Part shown: positions 44,818-54,051 of the stretch, in pieces
How the letters are laid out: the number at the start of each line of letters is the position of its first letter
Numbering within the stretch: position 1 is the stretch's first letter
Assembly: GCA_018812925.1 (NCBI GenBank)
Contig: JAHJCU010000008.1
Location: forward strand, 70,744 to 134,743
Length of the DNA stretch: 64,000 nt
Direction: 5' to 3'
Origin: Candidatus Omnitrophota bacterium
GTDB taxonomy: Bacteria > CAIJMQ01
Made by a program: the position numbers and the translations under genes
Notes under the pieces: generated by a model
The model's database searches: none
Told to the model about the DNA's origin: nothing
The model's input: only the letters and a program-made list of their open reading frames with translations

Positions 44818-45591
44818 TTATAATTTCTTCAAAACTAATTCTGCAACTTTTTTACCCGATAGAAGCATTCCGCCGAAGATAGGACCCATTCTTGGACCAC
44901 CGAATACAGCGTTGACCGCCATACCCGTAACCCAAAGGCCGGGATATACTTCTTTTGTATTTTCTACGATAAGTTTTTCGCCGACTTCCGCCCACATTGG
45001 TTTTTCACCGAGCATACCGCCGGTGGAAGTGTTGAGTTTTACACCCATTTTCTTTTCCATACCTCTTACCACTTCGCAAGGGTGTCCTGTTGCGTCTATG
45101 ATTATTTTTGCGCCGATTGTTATAGGGTCAATATGCAGTTTTGCCATTTCTACGGGAGACCAGTTAATTACAATCCCCGTAATTTTGTTTTCCCGTATCA
45201 TTACATCTTCGCAGGAGATAAGATTAAAAATCATAGCGCCTGCTTTCTTTGCATTGAAACATAAACCCGATGCCATTTCTACGCAATCAACAATATAATA
45301 GTTTTCCTTATATTTCTTTAACCGGATATTCTGTTCTTCAAGGATTGGCTTTGCTTCTTCCTGAATGACCGCTTTGTTGAACATCATACCACCGCCCCAC
45401 ATACCGCCGCCGATGGAAAGTTTTCTTTCAAACAGGGCGACTTTTTTGCCGGCTTTAGCCAGATAATATGCGGCGATAAGACCAGAAGGGCCGCCGCCAA
45501 CAATAGCGACATCAAGTTCTGTTGCAGTTCTTAGTTCTTTTGAGTATTCTTCAATAATCGCTTGGGAAATCAGGATTTCGTTCAGTTCCAC
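44818..45591 (-). CDS. thi4: thiazole synthase, Thi4 type
   Basis: [12 protein letters not shown] dinucleotide motif and Thi4-like [10 protein letters not shown]. The GTG at 45591 lies 7 nt after AAGGAG. The ORF track starts at the TTG at 45609. Confidence 0.85.
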   Translation of the reverse strand: MELNEILISQAIIEEYSKELRTATELDVAIVGGGPSGLIAAYYLAKAGKKVALFERKLSIGGGMWGGGMMFNKAVIQEEAKPILEEQNIRLKKYKENYYIVDCVEMASGLCFNAKKAGAMIFNLISCEDVMIRENKITGIVINWSPVEMAKLHIDPITIGAKIIIDATGHPCEVVRGMEKKMGVKLNTSTGGMLGEKPMWAEVGEKLIVENTKEVYPGLWVTGMAVNAVFGGPRMGPIFGGMLLSGKKVAELVLKKL

Positions 45592-45973
45592 GCTTCTTCT
45601 CCTTCTCAAGTTGTTCGATACGATAGTTTAAATCCTTTATTTCATCCTGCAGGGAATTAACTTCTTGCGAAGGAGCAACTTCCTGCCCTGTTACTTCCTT
45701 CTTATCGTTTTCTATTTTTTCGATGTGTTCTTTTAAGCCCTTTATTTCATCTTTCAGGGAATTAGTTGTTTGTGAGAACTCAACCTCCTGTTCTGTCTGG
45801 CCCTTTTTATCTTCCTGCGCCTGCTTGATGTATACCTTTAATTGTTTTATTTCACCTTTCAGCGAATCGATTGTCTGTGTGAAATCTACTTGGGATGGGT
45901 TTTTCTTATCTTCTTCGGACTGTTCCAATTTGTTGCTCAAACCTTTTATTTCGTCTTTTAGAGCATTAATGGT
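45551..45973 (-). repeat. four tandem coding repeats of about 100 nt ([18 protein letters not shown]....QEV.FSQ)
   Basis: Residues 196-335 of CysE. The last repeat overlaps the thi4 start by 41 nt. Confidence 0.85.
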
Positions 45974-46558
45974 TTGCAATACCGGGTCAGGAAGTTTCCC
46001 GTGTTCCAGGTCAATTGTTGCTTTTGCGTGTTTCTTATGTTCCTCGACTGTTCTTCCTGGAACACCCACTACAGTACTATCGGGAGGAACGGATTTTATT
46101 ACAACAGAGCCCGCACCTATTTTAGAACCTTCGCCTATATTAATTGGGCCAAGAATTTTTGCGCCTGTGCCGATTACAACGTTATCTTCAATAGTCGGAT
46201 GTCTCTTTCCTTTCTTAAGACTTGTGCCGCCAAGAACAACTCCCTGATACAGAAGAACATCATCACCTATATCAGTCGTCTCACCGATAACCACACCCAT
46301 ACCATGGTCTATAAAAAATCTTCTGCCGATTTGAGCGCCCGGATGAATTTCAATTCCGGTCATAAATCGGTTAAAGTGGGAAAGAAGCCGCGCCAAAAAT
46401 AAATAACCATGCTCCCACATAATATGGGCGATTCTGTGCAGCCATAAAGCGTGCAGTCCCGGATAGCAAAGTACAACTTCCATAGTTGACCTTGCTGCTG
46501 GGTCCTCTGCAAAAACGGTTCTTATATCTTCTTTTAACAAAGATTTTAAATCTATCAT
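45551..46558 (-). CDS. cysE: serine O-acetyltransferase with a 140-aa tandem-repeat C-terminal tail
   Basis: N-terminal SATase helix domain, hexapeptide repeats ([19 protein letters not shown]..), [10 protein letters not shown], then 4 repeats of about 33-37 aa. Confidence 0.88.
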   Translation of the reverse strand: MIDLKSLLKEDIRTVFAEDPAARSTMEVVLCYPGLHALWLHRIAHIMWEHGYLFLARLLSHFNRFMTGIEIHPGAQIGRRFFIDHGMGVVIGETTDIGDDVLLYQGVVLGGTSLKKGKRHPTIEDNVVIGTGAKILGPINIGEGSKIGAGSVVIKSVPPDSTVVGVPGRTVEEHKKHAKATIDLEHGKLPDPVLQTINALKDEIKGLSNKLEQSEEDKKNPSQVDFTQTIDSLKGEIKQLKVYIKQAQEDKKGQTEQEVEFSQTTNSLKDEIKGLKEHIEKIENDKKEVTGQEVAPSQEVNSLQDEIKDLNYRIEQLEKEKKRGTERNPDFPSDY

Positions 46559-46608
46559 TTAGGATACCTCCGATTTGATATGTTATACGGTTGTCGGGTT
46601 TAATTCAA

Positions 46609-46712
46609 CCCCCGTTAGAAATTTAAAAAACGCTAAAATAATTATTAACCAGATAAGCACCCATTGTTCTGCATAGCATCTTAAAAGCAAGTCATTAAAT
46701 TTCTTTACGGGG
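46609..46712. repeat. long-range inverted repeat CCCCCGTTAGAAATTT ... AAATTTCTTTACGGGG (72-nt spacer) in the cysE leader
   Basis: About 14 bp of pairing with one mismatch and one bulge. The arms belong to the CCCCGTTAGAA family. Confidence 0.75.
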
Positions 46713-46720
46713 TCAACCCT

Positions 46721-47044
46721 TTATATCTTTAATTTTAGCAGACCCAAAAGTTCCTTTATACTCTCAATAATATCTATTTTCAGTATAAAACGGGCTACAA
46801 TCCATAAAACAACAAACCAGATAATAAGTTTAACAATTGTCGGAATTCTTTTTTGTTTAATAATAGGTCTTTCTTCGTCTATTTCCTTGATTCTCTCAAC
46901 GTGCGACTCCATCTTTTTGCCGCATTCTTCCGAACAGAATATTCCGCTGGGAGCTGATATACCGCAATCCTCGCAAATCGGCCTATGGCACATCTTGCAG
47001 CGCAAAGTAGCTTCTTTTTTAAGACACTTTGTACAGGTGGACAT
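46721..47044 (-). CDS. zinc-ribbon (B-box-like) protein with a C-terminal TM helix
   Basis: CTKC..C.MCHRPICEDC...FCSEEC cysteine pattern and a hydrophobic C-terminus. Confidence 0.62.
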   Translation of the reverse strand: MSTCTKCLKKEATLRCKMCHRPICEDCGISAPSGIFCSEECGKKMESHVERIKEIDEERPIIKQKRIPTIVKLIIWFVVLWIVARFILKIDIIESIKELLGLLKLKI

Positions 47045-47063
47045 ATTTCACCTCCTTTAAAAC

Positions 47064-47130
47064 TCGGTGTTCGGTTATCGTAAATAATTTTTAACGCAAA
47101 CCGAAAACCGTTTTATCTTTACGCTAACCG
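47064..47130. repeat. CGGTTAT/CGAAAAC heptamer-periodic hairpin, copy 3
   Basis: tcggtgt tcggttat cg taaataatttttaa cgcaaac cgaaaac cg ... cgctaac cg. Confidence 0.75.
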
Positions 47131-47134
47131 TCTT

Positions 47135-48415
47135 TTATTTATATATCAGATACTTCTCTCTTTTTTCATTAAATTCGTTTAATTCTATTTCCCATTTTTT
47201 TATAATTTCGTCAACATTTTTACCTTCTCTTATTTCATCTAATATATAATCTACCCCCCAGATTTCATTAAAATCTTTGGACGGAATATATTTGCCGGGA
47301 TATAATGATTCCAATGAAGTTAAAATCTCCAATGCCGTTTTAACAGGCTTAAAAGTTCTTTTGTCAGTAAGCACTAACCTTATGCCTCCAAGCTCCTTAT
47401 CTTTAAACGAAAAATAAAACGGTTTAAACCAGTAGGGCTGGAATTTTACACCGGGAATATTCTTAGCATTTAATTTTTCCGCAAATTTATTCGGGTCAAT
47501 CCATTCGCTGCCAATCAACTCAAACGGGAGAGTATATCCCACACCGTTACACAAATTAGCGCTACCGATAGTTCCTGTCGTAGCGTATAGAAAAGCGGAC
47601 TCAACTGTGGGAATATGCGGAGAAGTTGGAACCCAATCAAGACTGGTATCATCCCAAATCATATTTCTCGTCCAGACTTTCATAGGCACAACAGTCAGTT
47701 TAAGTTCAATTTTATATTCTTCTCTTATAAATTTCGCCATCTCGCCTATAGTCATACCATGAACCAAAGGAATATCGAACAAACCAATGAAACTTTTATG
47801 CTCTTCTTTTATTATGGGTCCTTCTATATTAAACCCGCCCAAGGGATTTGGCCTATCTAAAACCACAAATTCCTTTCCATATTTTGCGGCTGATTCCATA
47901 GCATAAAACAATGTTGAAATATAAGTATATGTTCTGGCGCCTATATCCTGAATGTCAAAAAGTAAAACATCTATTTCGGATAACATCTCTTCGGTAGGGC
48001 AACGGGTCTTTCCATAAATTGAATATACCGGCAGTTTTGTTTTTTCATCTACAATTTTACTTACATGTTTTCCGGCTAATACTTCGCCTCTTATACCGTG
48101 TTCGGGAGCAAAAAGAGCAACAAGATTGAAGGCAGGATTTTCATAAAGAATATCGGTTGTTGATTTTAAATTTGAATCTACGCCCGTGGGATTGGTTATA
48201 AGTCCTAATCTTTTATTTTTGAGAATTTCCACATAGCCTGTGTCTTCCTTCAACACTTCTATGCCTAATTTTACCCCGTTAGAAGTTTTCAACACAATTT
48301 CTTTAGTATCATTCAAACTTTCCGTATTACTTCTAACGGGGCAAAAAACAGAATTAACGAATAGAAAAAAGGGCATAATCGCAATTACAATGAAGAGTCG
48401 TCTTGATAAACGCAT
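47135..48415 (-). CDS. DUF1343 family protein (exo-beta-N-acetylmuramidase NamZ-like), secreted
   Basis: Signal peptide, then KRLGLITNPTGVD, FAPEHGIRG and FDIQDIGARTYTY motifs. Confidence 0.85.
   Translation of the reverse strand: MRLSRRLFIVIAIMPFFLFVNSVFCPVRSNTESLNDTKEIVLKTSNGVKLGIEVLKEDTGYVEILKNKRLGLITNPTGVDSNLKSTTDILYENPAFNLVALFAPEHGIRGEVLAGKHVSKIVDEKTKLPVYSIYGKTRCPTEEMLSEIDVLLFDIQDIGARTYTYISTLFYAMESAAKYGKEFVVLDRPNPLGGFNIEGPIIKEEHKSFIGLFDIPLVHGMTIGEMAKFIREEYKIELKLTVVPMKVWTRNMIWDDTSLDWVPTSPHIPTVESAFLYATTGTIGSANLCNGVGYTLPFELIGSEWIDPNKFAEKLNAKNIPGVKFQPYWFKPFYFSFKDKELGGIRLVLTDKRTFKPVKTALEILTSLESLYPGKYIPSKDFNEIWGVDYILDEIREGKNVDEIIKKWEIELNEFNEKREKYLIYK
48274..48341. repeat. perfect 13-bp inverted repeat CCCCGTTAGAAGT - 42 nt - ACTTCTAACGGGG inside the NamZ-like CDS
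   Basis: Read directly. Encodes CPVRSN...KTSNGV between the signal peptide and the conserved domain. Confidence 0.85.
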
Positions 48416-48485
48416 AGCTTAATTTTACACGCAAGATACTTATGTAGCAATAGGTGGATTTTTCCGCATGATATAATTATAAGTT

Positions 48486-49037
48486 ATGTCAAATATAATT
48501 TTTTATACTTTCCTTGACTCATTTTTAGGAACAATAGGGCTCGCTTCGTCTTCTTCGGGCGTGGTATATGTGGATATGGGAATAAAAAAAAGAGCTTTTT
48601 TATGTAAACTAAAGCAAAAATTCCCGACCTGTAAACTAATAAAATCGGAAAAGAAAAACTCTAAAGCGATATGTGAATTAAACTCTTATCTGAAAGGAAA
48701 TATGAAATCGTTTGAAAGTAAGCTGGATTTAAAAGGCCCGCCCAAATCATGTCGGGCAGGTCCTCCAAAATCTCGGCGGGCAGGCACGCCTTTTCAGATT
48801 AAAGTATGGAATTGTTTAAGAAAAATTCCTTACGGTAAAATGTATTCATATAAATTTATTGCCTGTAAAATAGCAACATGCTCCCATTCGCGCGCGGTCG
48901 GCAATGCTGTCGCTAAAAATCCTGTTGCGATATTTATTCCCTGTCATAGAGTAATCAATTCCAACGGGGATTTGGGGAATTATGGCCCCGGCAAGAACTT
49001 CAAGAAAATGTTATTAAAGATTGAAAAAGCAATATAA
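48486..49037 (+). CDS. ogt: methylated-DNA-protein-cysteine methyltransferase
   Basis: TPFQIKVW, IPYGKMYSY, and active site IPCHRVI. Confidence 0.88.
   Translation: MSNIIFYTFLDSFLGTIGLASSSSGVVYVDMGIKKRAFLCKLKQKFPTCKLIKSEKKNSKAICELNSYLKGNMKSFESKLDLKGPPKSCRAGPPKSRRAGTPFQIKVWNCLRKIPYGKMYSYKFIACKIATCSHSRAVGNAVAKNPVAIFIPCHRVINSNGDLGNYGPGKNFKKMLLKIEKAI
48737..48784. repeat. two tandem GC-rich palindromic elements inside ogt, in-frame (48 nt, PPKSCRAG PPKSRRAG)
   Basis: cccgcccaaatcatgtcgggcagg tcctccaaaatctcggcgggcagg. Splits the conserved G-TPFQ junction. Confidence 0.85.
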
Positions 49038-49071
49038 TAGAACAAAACCGCGTAAAGAAAATGGAATGGGT

Positions 49072-49100
49072 TTGATAGAGCTGAATTGCTATGGTAGAAT
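49072..49100 (+). promoter_or_regulatory. sigma70-like promoter TTGATA-17-TAGAAT upstream of hsp20
   Basis: Hexamers at 49072-49077 and 49095-49100. Confidence 0.5.
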
Positions 49101-49129
49101 TTTTTAACTAAAAGATATAAGGAATAATT

Positions 49130-49588
49130 ATGCCATTATTTAAGGATAAAATTTCCAAAAATATAAAGCAAATGGAAGATGAGATGGAAAAGGTCTTCCG
49201 TCATCTTTCTACTTTTCGCAATTGCTTCTTTCCCTCTCCACTTCACAAACCCTGGCATCCGTATACCGATGTATATGAAACCAAGACAGATTTAGTAATA
49301 AAAGTGGAATTAGCCGGAGTTAAAAAAGAGGATATTAAAATTTTCACCCGAGAAGACAATATTATAATCCACGGAACCAGAAAAGAAACTTGTACAGAAG
49401 GAAAAACTGCCTATAGGCAAATGGAAATAAATTACGAAGCTTTTGAAACGATCATTTCTCTTGGTATCCCCGTTGATGCAAAAAAACCGTTAAAAGCTAC
49501 CGCAACCAACGGGATTTTGGAAATTAGATTGCCGAAAACAAAGAAAAATCAAGTTAAGAATATAAAAATAAAAATTAAGGGAGAATAG
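49130..49588 (+). CDS. Hsp20/alpha-crystallin family small heat shock protein
   Basis: 152 aa with PYTDVYETKTDLVIKVELAGVKKEDIKI ... GILEIRLPK. Confidence 0.9.
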   Translation: MPLFKDKISKNIKQMEDEMEKVFRHLSTFRNCFFPSPLHKPWHPYTDVYETKTDLVIKVELAGVKKEDIKIFTREDNIIIHGTRKETCTEGKTAYRQMEINYEAFETIISLGIPVDAKKPLKATATNGILEIRLPKTKKNQVKNIKIKIKGE

Positions 49589-49637
49589 AATCGTTTAATC
49601 CGGGTAAAGTAAGACACTTATATCCGAACAAAAAATT

Positions 49638-51965
49638 ATGGATATAGAATTGAAAACTCCGAAGGAAATTCCGGTCCTGCCTTTAAGGGATACGGTTGTT
49701 TTTCCGGGTATGACCGTCCCTATAACCATAGGCAAACCCGCCAGTATAAAACTCGTAGACGATGTGTCTATCGGGGATAAATTCTGCTGCTTAGTCCTGC
49801 AGAAGAAAAAATTGGATGAAGACCCCCAGCCTGAAAATTTATATAGAGTCGGGACTTTGGCGCGGATCGTAAAAATGTTTAAACTGCCAACAAATACCGT
49901 CTACCTATTGGCGCAGGGAATCGAAAGAATAGAGATAAAAAATTTCACTCAAAAAGAACCCTATATAAAAGCTCACGTAAATAATATACAAGAAGAAAGC
50001 AGCGGAAAGACTCCGGAAATAGAAGCCCGGATGAGAAACCTATTGCACCAATTTAAAAAAGCGGTGTCTTTATCGCCCAAAATTCCGGAAGAAGAAAGTT
50101 ATATCACCGCAATTAACATTAAAGAACCCGGGAGATTGGCTGATTTTATTATCGCAAATCTTTCTCTTAGCCCCAAAGAACAACAAGACATATTGGAAAC
50201 TTTGGACCCAATAGAAAGATTAAATAAAGTAGCCAAATTCTTAAACAATGAATTGGAAGTTCTCATGTTGCAGTCCAAAATCCAAGAAGAAACAAAATCG
50301 AAACTCGGCAAAGCGCAGCGTGAATATTTCTTGAGGCAACAGCTTGAATCTATAAGAAAGGAGCTGGGAGAAGGGGACGAAAATGCGATAGAAATAAAGG
50401 AACTAAGAAAAAAGATAGAAGAAGTGGGAATGAGCCAAGAAGCGATGAAAGAAGCAAAGAGGGAACTCAACAGATTAGACAAGTTGCCTCCGCAAGCCGC
50501 AGAATATCACGTTATACGCACATATTTAGATTGGCTCGTTTCTGTTCCTTGGAACAAAAGTACAAAAGATAATCTCGATATTAATCAGGCGGCAAAAGTA
50601 TTAGACGAAGACCATCACGATTTGGAAAAAGTAAAAGACAGAATTTTAGAATTTTTAGCCGTAATGAACCTAAAGAAAGATGCAAAGGGACCAGTTCTAT
50701 GTTTTGCGGGTCCGCCAGGAGTGGGGAAAACATCCCTAGGTCAATCTATTGCCAGAGCGTTAGGCAGAAAATTTGTCCGGTTGTCTCTTGGGGGCATAAG
50801 AGATGAAGCAGAGATAAGAGGACACAGAAGAACATATATAGGAGCCCTACCCGGCAGAATAATACAAGGATTAAGAAGAGCAGGAACAAACAACCCCGTG
50901 TTTATGTTAGATGAAGTAGACAAGATTGGTACCGATTTTAGAGGCGACCCGTCATCTGCCCTATTGGAAGTTTTAGACCCCGAACAAAATAATTCTTTCA
51001 GCGACCATTATTTAGATGTTTCCTTCGACCTTTCAAAAGTAATGTTTATTACCACGGCAAATATCTTAGACACTATTCCGCACGCTTTACGCGATAGGAT
51101 GGAAGTTTTGGAATTACCCGGCTACCCGCAAGAAGAAAAACTTATAATTTCCAAAAAATTCTTGTTACCTCGTCAGATAAAAGAGAACGGTTTAAAGCCG
51201 GAAAATGTAAAAATAACTGATCCTGCCATTAGGAAAATAATCCGAGAATATACTCGTGAAGCGGGTGTAAGAAATGTAGAAAGAGAAATTGCCAATATTC
51301 TTCGCAAAGTTGCAAAAAAGTTCGTTAAAGGTAAAAAAGATTCTTTTGAAATCAATGAAAAAAATATTGCTTTATATCTAGGTCCTATTAAGTTTTTCTC
51401 CGAAACAGCTGAACGCACATCTGAACCGGGAGTAGCAACTGGACTGGCATGGACGCCGCAAGGCGGAGAAATTCTCTTCATAGAAGCAAATAAAATGAGC
51501 GGAAAAAAGGACCTTACTTTAACAGGCCAGTTAGGTCAAACGATGCAAGAATCTGCTAAAGCCGCTTTATCTTATGTGCGTTCCAAAGCAAAGAAACTAA
51601 AAATTGATGAAGGATTTTTTGAAAAATATGACATACATATACATGTTCCGCAGGGAGCAGTACCGAAAGATGGTCCTTCGGCAGGAGTTGCCATAGCTAC
51701 CGCGCTGGTATCTCTATTAACCAATAGACTGGTAAAATACAATGTGGCTATGACAGGGGAAATCACATTAAAGGGGAAAATTTTGCCTGTGGGTGGTATT
51801 AAAGAAAAAGTGCTTGCCGCTTCCCGCGCAGGAATAAAAGAGATAATTCTACCTGCAAGAAACAAAAAGGATTTGGAAGAGATTCCTGCTCATGTCAAAA
51901 AGAGTTTGAAATTTACATTTGTCAAAACACTGGACGAAGTTTTTGCGCACGCCCTTAAAAAATAG
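49638..51965 (+). CDS. lon: ATP-dependent Lon protease
   Basis: LON N-domain (IPVLPLRDTVVFPGM), Walker A GPPGVGKTS, and catalytic PKDGPSAG. Confidence 0.96.
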   Translation: MDIELKTPKEIPVLPLRDTVVFPGMTVPITIGKPASIKLVDDVSIGDKFCCLVLQKKKLDEDPQPENLYRVGTLARIVKMFKLPTNTVYLLAQGIERIEIKNFTQKEPYIKAHVNNIQEESSGKTPEIEARMRNLLHQFKKAVSLSPKIPEEESYITAINIKEPGRLADFIIANLSLSPKEQQDILETLDPIERLNKVAKFLNNELEVLMLQSKIQEETKSKLGKAQREYFLRQQLESIRKELGEGDENAIEIKELRKKIEEVGMSQEAMKEAKRELNRLDKLPPQAAEYHVIRTYLDWLVSVPWNKSTKDNLDINQAAKVLDEDHHDLEKVKDRILEFLAVMNLKKDAKGPVLCFAGPPGVGKTSLGQSIARALGRKFVRLSLGGIRDEAEIRGHRRTYIGALPGRIIQGLRRAGTNNPVFMLDEVDKIGTDFRGDPSSALLEVLDPEQNNSFSDHYLDVSFDLSKVMFITTANILDTIPHALRDRMEVLELPGYPQEEKLIISKKFLLPRQIKENGLKPENVKITDPAIRKIIREYTREAGVRNVEREIANILRKVAKKFVKGKKDSFEINEKNIALYLGPIKFFSETAERTSEPGVATGLAWTPQGGEILFIEANKMSGKKDLTLTGQLGQTMQESAKAALSYVRSKAKKLKIDEGFFEKYDIHIHVPQGAVPKDGPSAGVAIATALVSLLTNRLVKYNVAMTGEITLKGKILPVGGIKEKVLAASRAGIKEIILPARNKKDLEEIPAHVKKSLKFTFVKTLDEVFAHALKK

Positions 51966-52167
51966 CGGTCAATTATCAGTGACCAGAGTTTAGCAAAAAC
52001 CAACTGACCACTCATCACTATCCACTAGGAACTATTCTTACGATACTTTGCTCATTCCGGGGAGTTTGCGATGGCTTGCCTTTTTGGAACTCCATCTCAA
52101 TTTATTTTTTCTCTTCTTGCGATTTCTATTTTTTCTTCCCATTTTAGTATTGGTTGTTAGTTATTGT

Positions 52168-53766
52168 TTATTTTTTCTTGTCTTCTTCCTCTTCTTTTAC
52201 TTTTTCGGTTATTAAAGTTTCGGTAGTAAGTATGAGAGAAGAAATCGAAGCCGCATTTCTTAAAGCCGAATGCGTAACTTTTACCGGGTCAATTATACCA
52301 GCTTTTATCATATCCACAAATTCGCCTTTTTCAGCATCAAAGCCTTCATTAGCTTTAGAATTTTTAATTTTGTTGACAATAACAGAGCCGTCAAATCCGG
52401 CATTAACAGCTATTTGCCTTATAGGTTCTTCCAAGGCTCTTTTTATTATATTTAATCCGATAGCTTCATCGCCTTTAAGCGTCATTTTTTCCAAAGCGGG
52501 AATACATCTTAAAAGAGCCACTCCGCCGCCTGGAACAATGCCTTCTTCGACAGCCGCTCTTGTTGCATGTAACGCGTCCTCTATCAACGCCTTTTTGGAT
52601 TTCATCTCTATTTCCGTCGCAGCGCCCACCCTAATTACCGCGACTCCGCCCGCTAATTTTGCAAGACGCTCTTCTAATTTTTCCTTGTCATAATCCGATT
52701 TTGTATCTTTAATTTCTTTTCTTATCCGCTCAATTCTTGATTTTATATCTTTTGTATTGCCTTTACCTTCTATGATAGTGGTATTATCCTTATCTATTCG
52801 CACACTCTTTGCTCCACCGAGATTTTTTATACCGACAGATTCAAGTTTTATACCCAAATCACCCGATACAAATTCACCTCCAGTCAGAACAGCAATGTCT
52901 TCCATCATAGCTTTTCTCTTATCGCCATATCCCGGCGCCTTAACTGCGCAACATTGGATAACCCCTTTTAACTTATTGACAACTAATACAGCCAAAGCTT
53001 CTCCTTCAATATCCTCCGCTATTATAAACAACGGTTTTTTCGCATTGCCTATTTTTTCAAGCAAAGGAACAAGGTCTTGAACAGAAGAAATCTTGGATTC
53101 ATGAATCAGAATATAAGGGTCATTCAATAAAACTTCCATGTTTTCCGGGTCATTGATAAAATAAGGCGAAAGATATCCTCTGTCAAACTGCATACCTTCC
53201 ACAACGTCCAATTGCGTTTCGAGTTTCTCTCCTTCCTCTACTGTAATTACACCTTCTTTGCCAACCTTTTCCATAGCATCGGCAATAAGTTCTCCCACCT
53301 TTTTATCGTTATGAGCCGAAATAGAAGCAACCTGAACCATTTCGTCCTTTTTTTCCACTTTTTGGGCAATTTTTTTAAGTTCGGATGCAACCGTATCAAC
53401 CGCTTTTTCAATACCTCTTTTCAAAATCATAGGATTTGCGCCCGCTGTAATATTCTTCATACCTTGCTTGAATATTGCCTGCGCCAAAACAACTGCGGTA
53501 GTGGTTCCATCCCCTGCAATATCAGAAGTCTTTTCTGCAACTTCTTTAAGCAACTGCGCTCCCGCATTTTCATAAGGGTCTTTTAAATCGATTTCTTTGG
53601 CAATGGTAACTCCGTCGTTTGTAATAGTAGGCGAACCCCATTTCTTTTCAAGGACTACATTCCTTCCTTTAGGACCAAAACTTGCCTTAACCGCTTTTGC
53701 CAGAAGATTAATTCCTCTTTCTAACGCTTGTCGTGCTTCTTCTTTATAAATTAATTGTTTAGCCAT
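52168..53766 (-). CDS. groEL: chaperonin GroEL (no GroES gene adjacent; the tail lacks a GGM repeat)
   Basis: [12 protein letters not shown].., AGDGTTTA and VAAVKAPG-like motifs. C-terminus [11 protein letters not shown]. Confidence 0.97.
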   Translation of the reverse strand: MAKQLIYKEEARQALERGINLLAKAVKASFGPKGRNVVLEKKWGSPTITNDGVTIAKEIDLKDPYENAGAQLLKEVAEKTSDIAGDGTTTAVVLAQAIFKQGMKNITAGANPMILKRGIEKAVDTVASELKKIAQKVEKKDEMVQVASISAHNDKKVGELIADAMEKVGKEGVITVEEGEKLETQLDVVEGMQFDRGYLSPYFINDPENMEVLLNDPYILIHESKISSVQDLVPLLEKIGNAKKPLFIIAEDIEGEALAVLVVNKLKGVIQCCAVKAPGYGDKRKAMMEDIAVLTGGEFVSGDLGIKLESVGIKNLGGAKSVRIDKDNTTIIEGKGNTKDIKSRIERIRKEIKDTKSDYDKEKLEERLAKLAGGVAVIRVGAATEIEMKSKKALIEDALHATRAAVEEGIVPGGGVALLRCIPALEKMTLKGDEAIGLNIIKRALEEPIRQIAVNAGFDGSVIVNKIKNSKANEGFDAEKGEFVDMIKAGIIDPVKVTHSALRNAASISSLILTTETLITEKVKEEEEDKKK

Positions 53767-53877
53767 ATAAAACTACCTCCTTTATAATCCGGCGAATGAC
53801 GAATTTACTACATTAAAATATGTACCTGCCTGCATAAACAGACGGAAATAATAGGAAAATTCTGAATTTGGATGTGT

Positions 53878-53906
53878 ATTATAAGCAGTTGACTATGTAA
53901 TGTCAA
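53878..53906 (-). promoter_or_regulatory. consensus sigma70 promoter TTGACA-17-TATAAT for groEL
   Basis: Complement of 53901-53906 is TTGACA and complement of 53878-53883 is TATAAT, with a 17-nt spacer. About 110 nt upstream of the ATG. Confidence 0.7.
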
Positions 53907-53950
53907 AAATCATTTTAATACGGATGGAAATTTTAACAGGGATGTATATT

Positions 53951-54018
53951 AAAAAAACACCCCGCCAGAAGTCAGTGCCACAAGGACAGCACATCTCAAA
54001 CACTAACTTCTAACGGAG
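53951..54018 (-). terminator. intrinsic terminator of the pilin gene
   Basis: Minus strand: CUCCGUUAGAAGU - 33-nt loop - ACUUCUGGCGGGG (13 bp including 3 G-U) followed by UGUUUUUUU. The arms belong to the CCCCGTTAGAAGT family. Confidence 0.75.
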
Positions 54019-54051
54019 TCTATACTTTTTATTCTATCCCAAACTTATAAA

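Noticed and set aside
53767-53877. CIRCE/HrcA operator in the groEL leader
   Set aside because: I read the leader on both strands and found no TTAGCACTC-N9-GAGTGCTAA-like inverted repeat.
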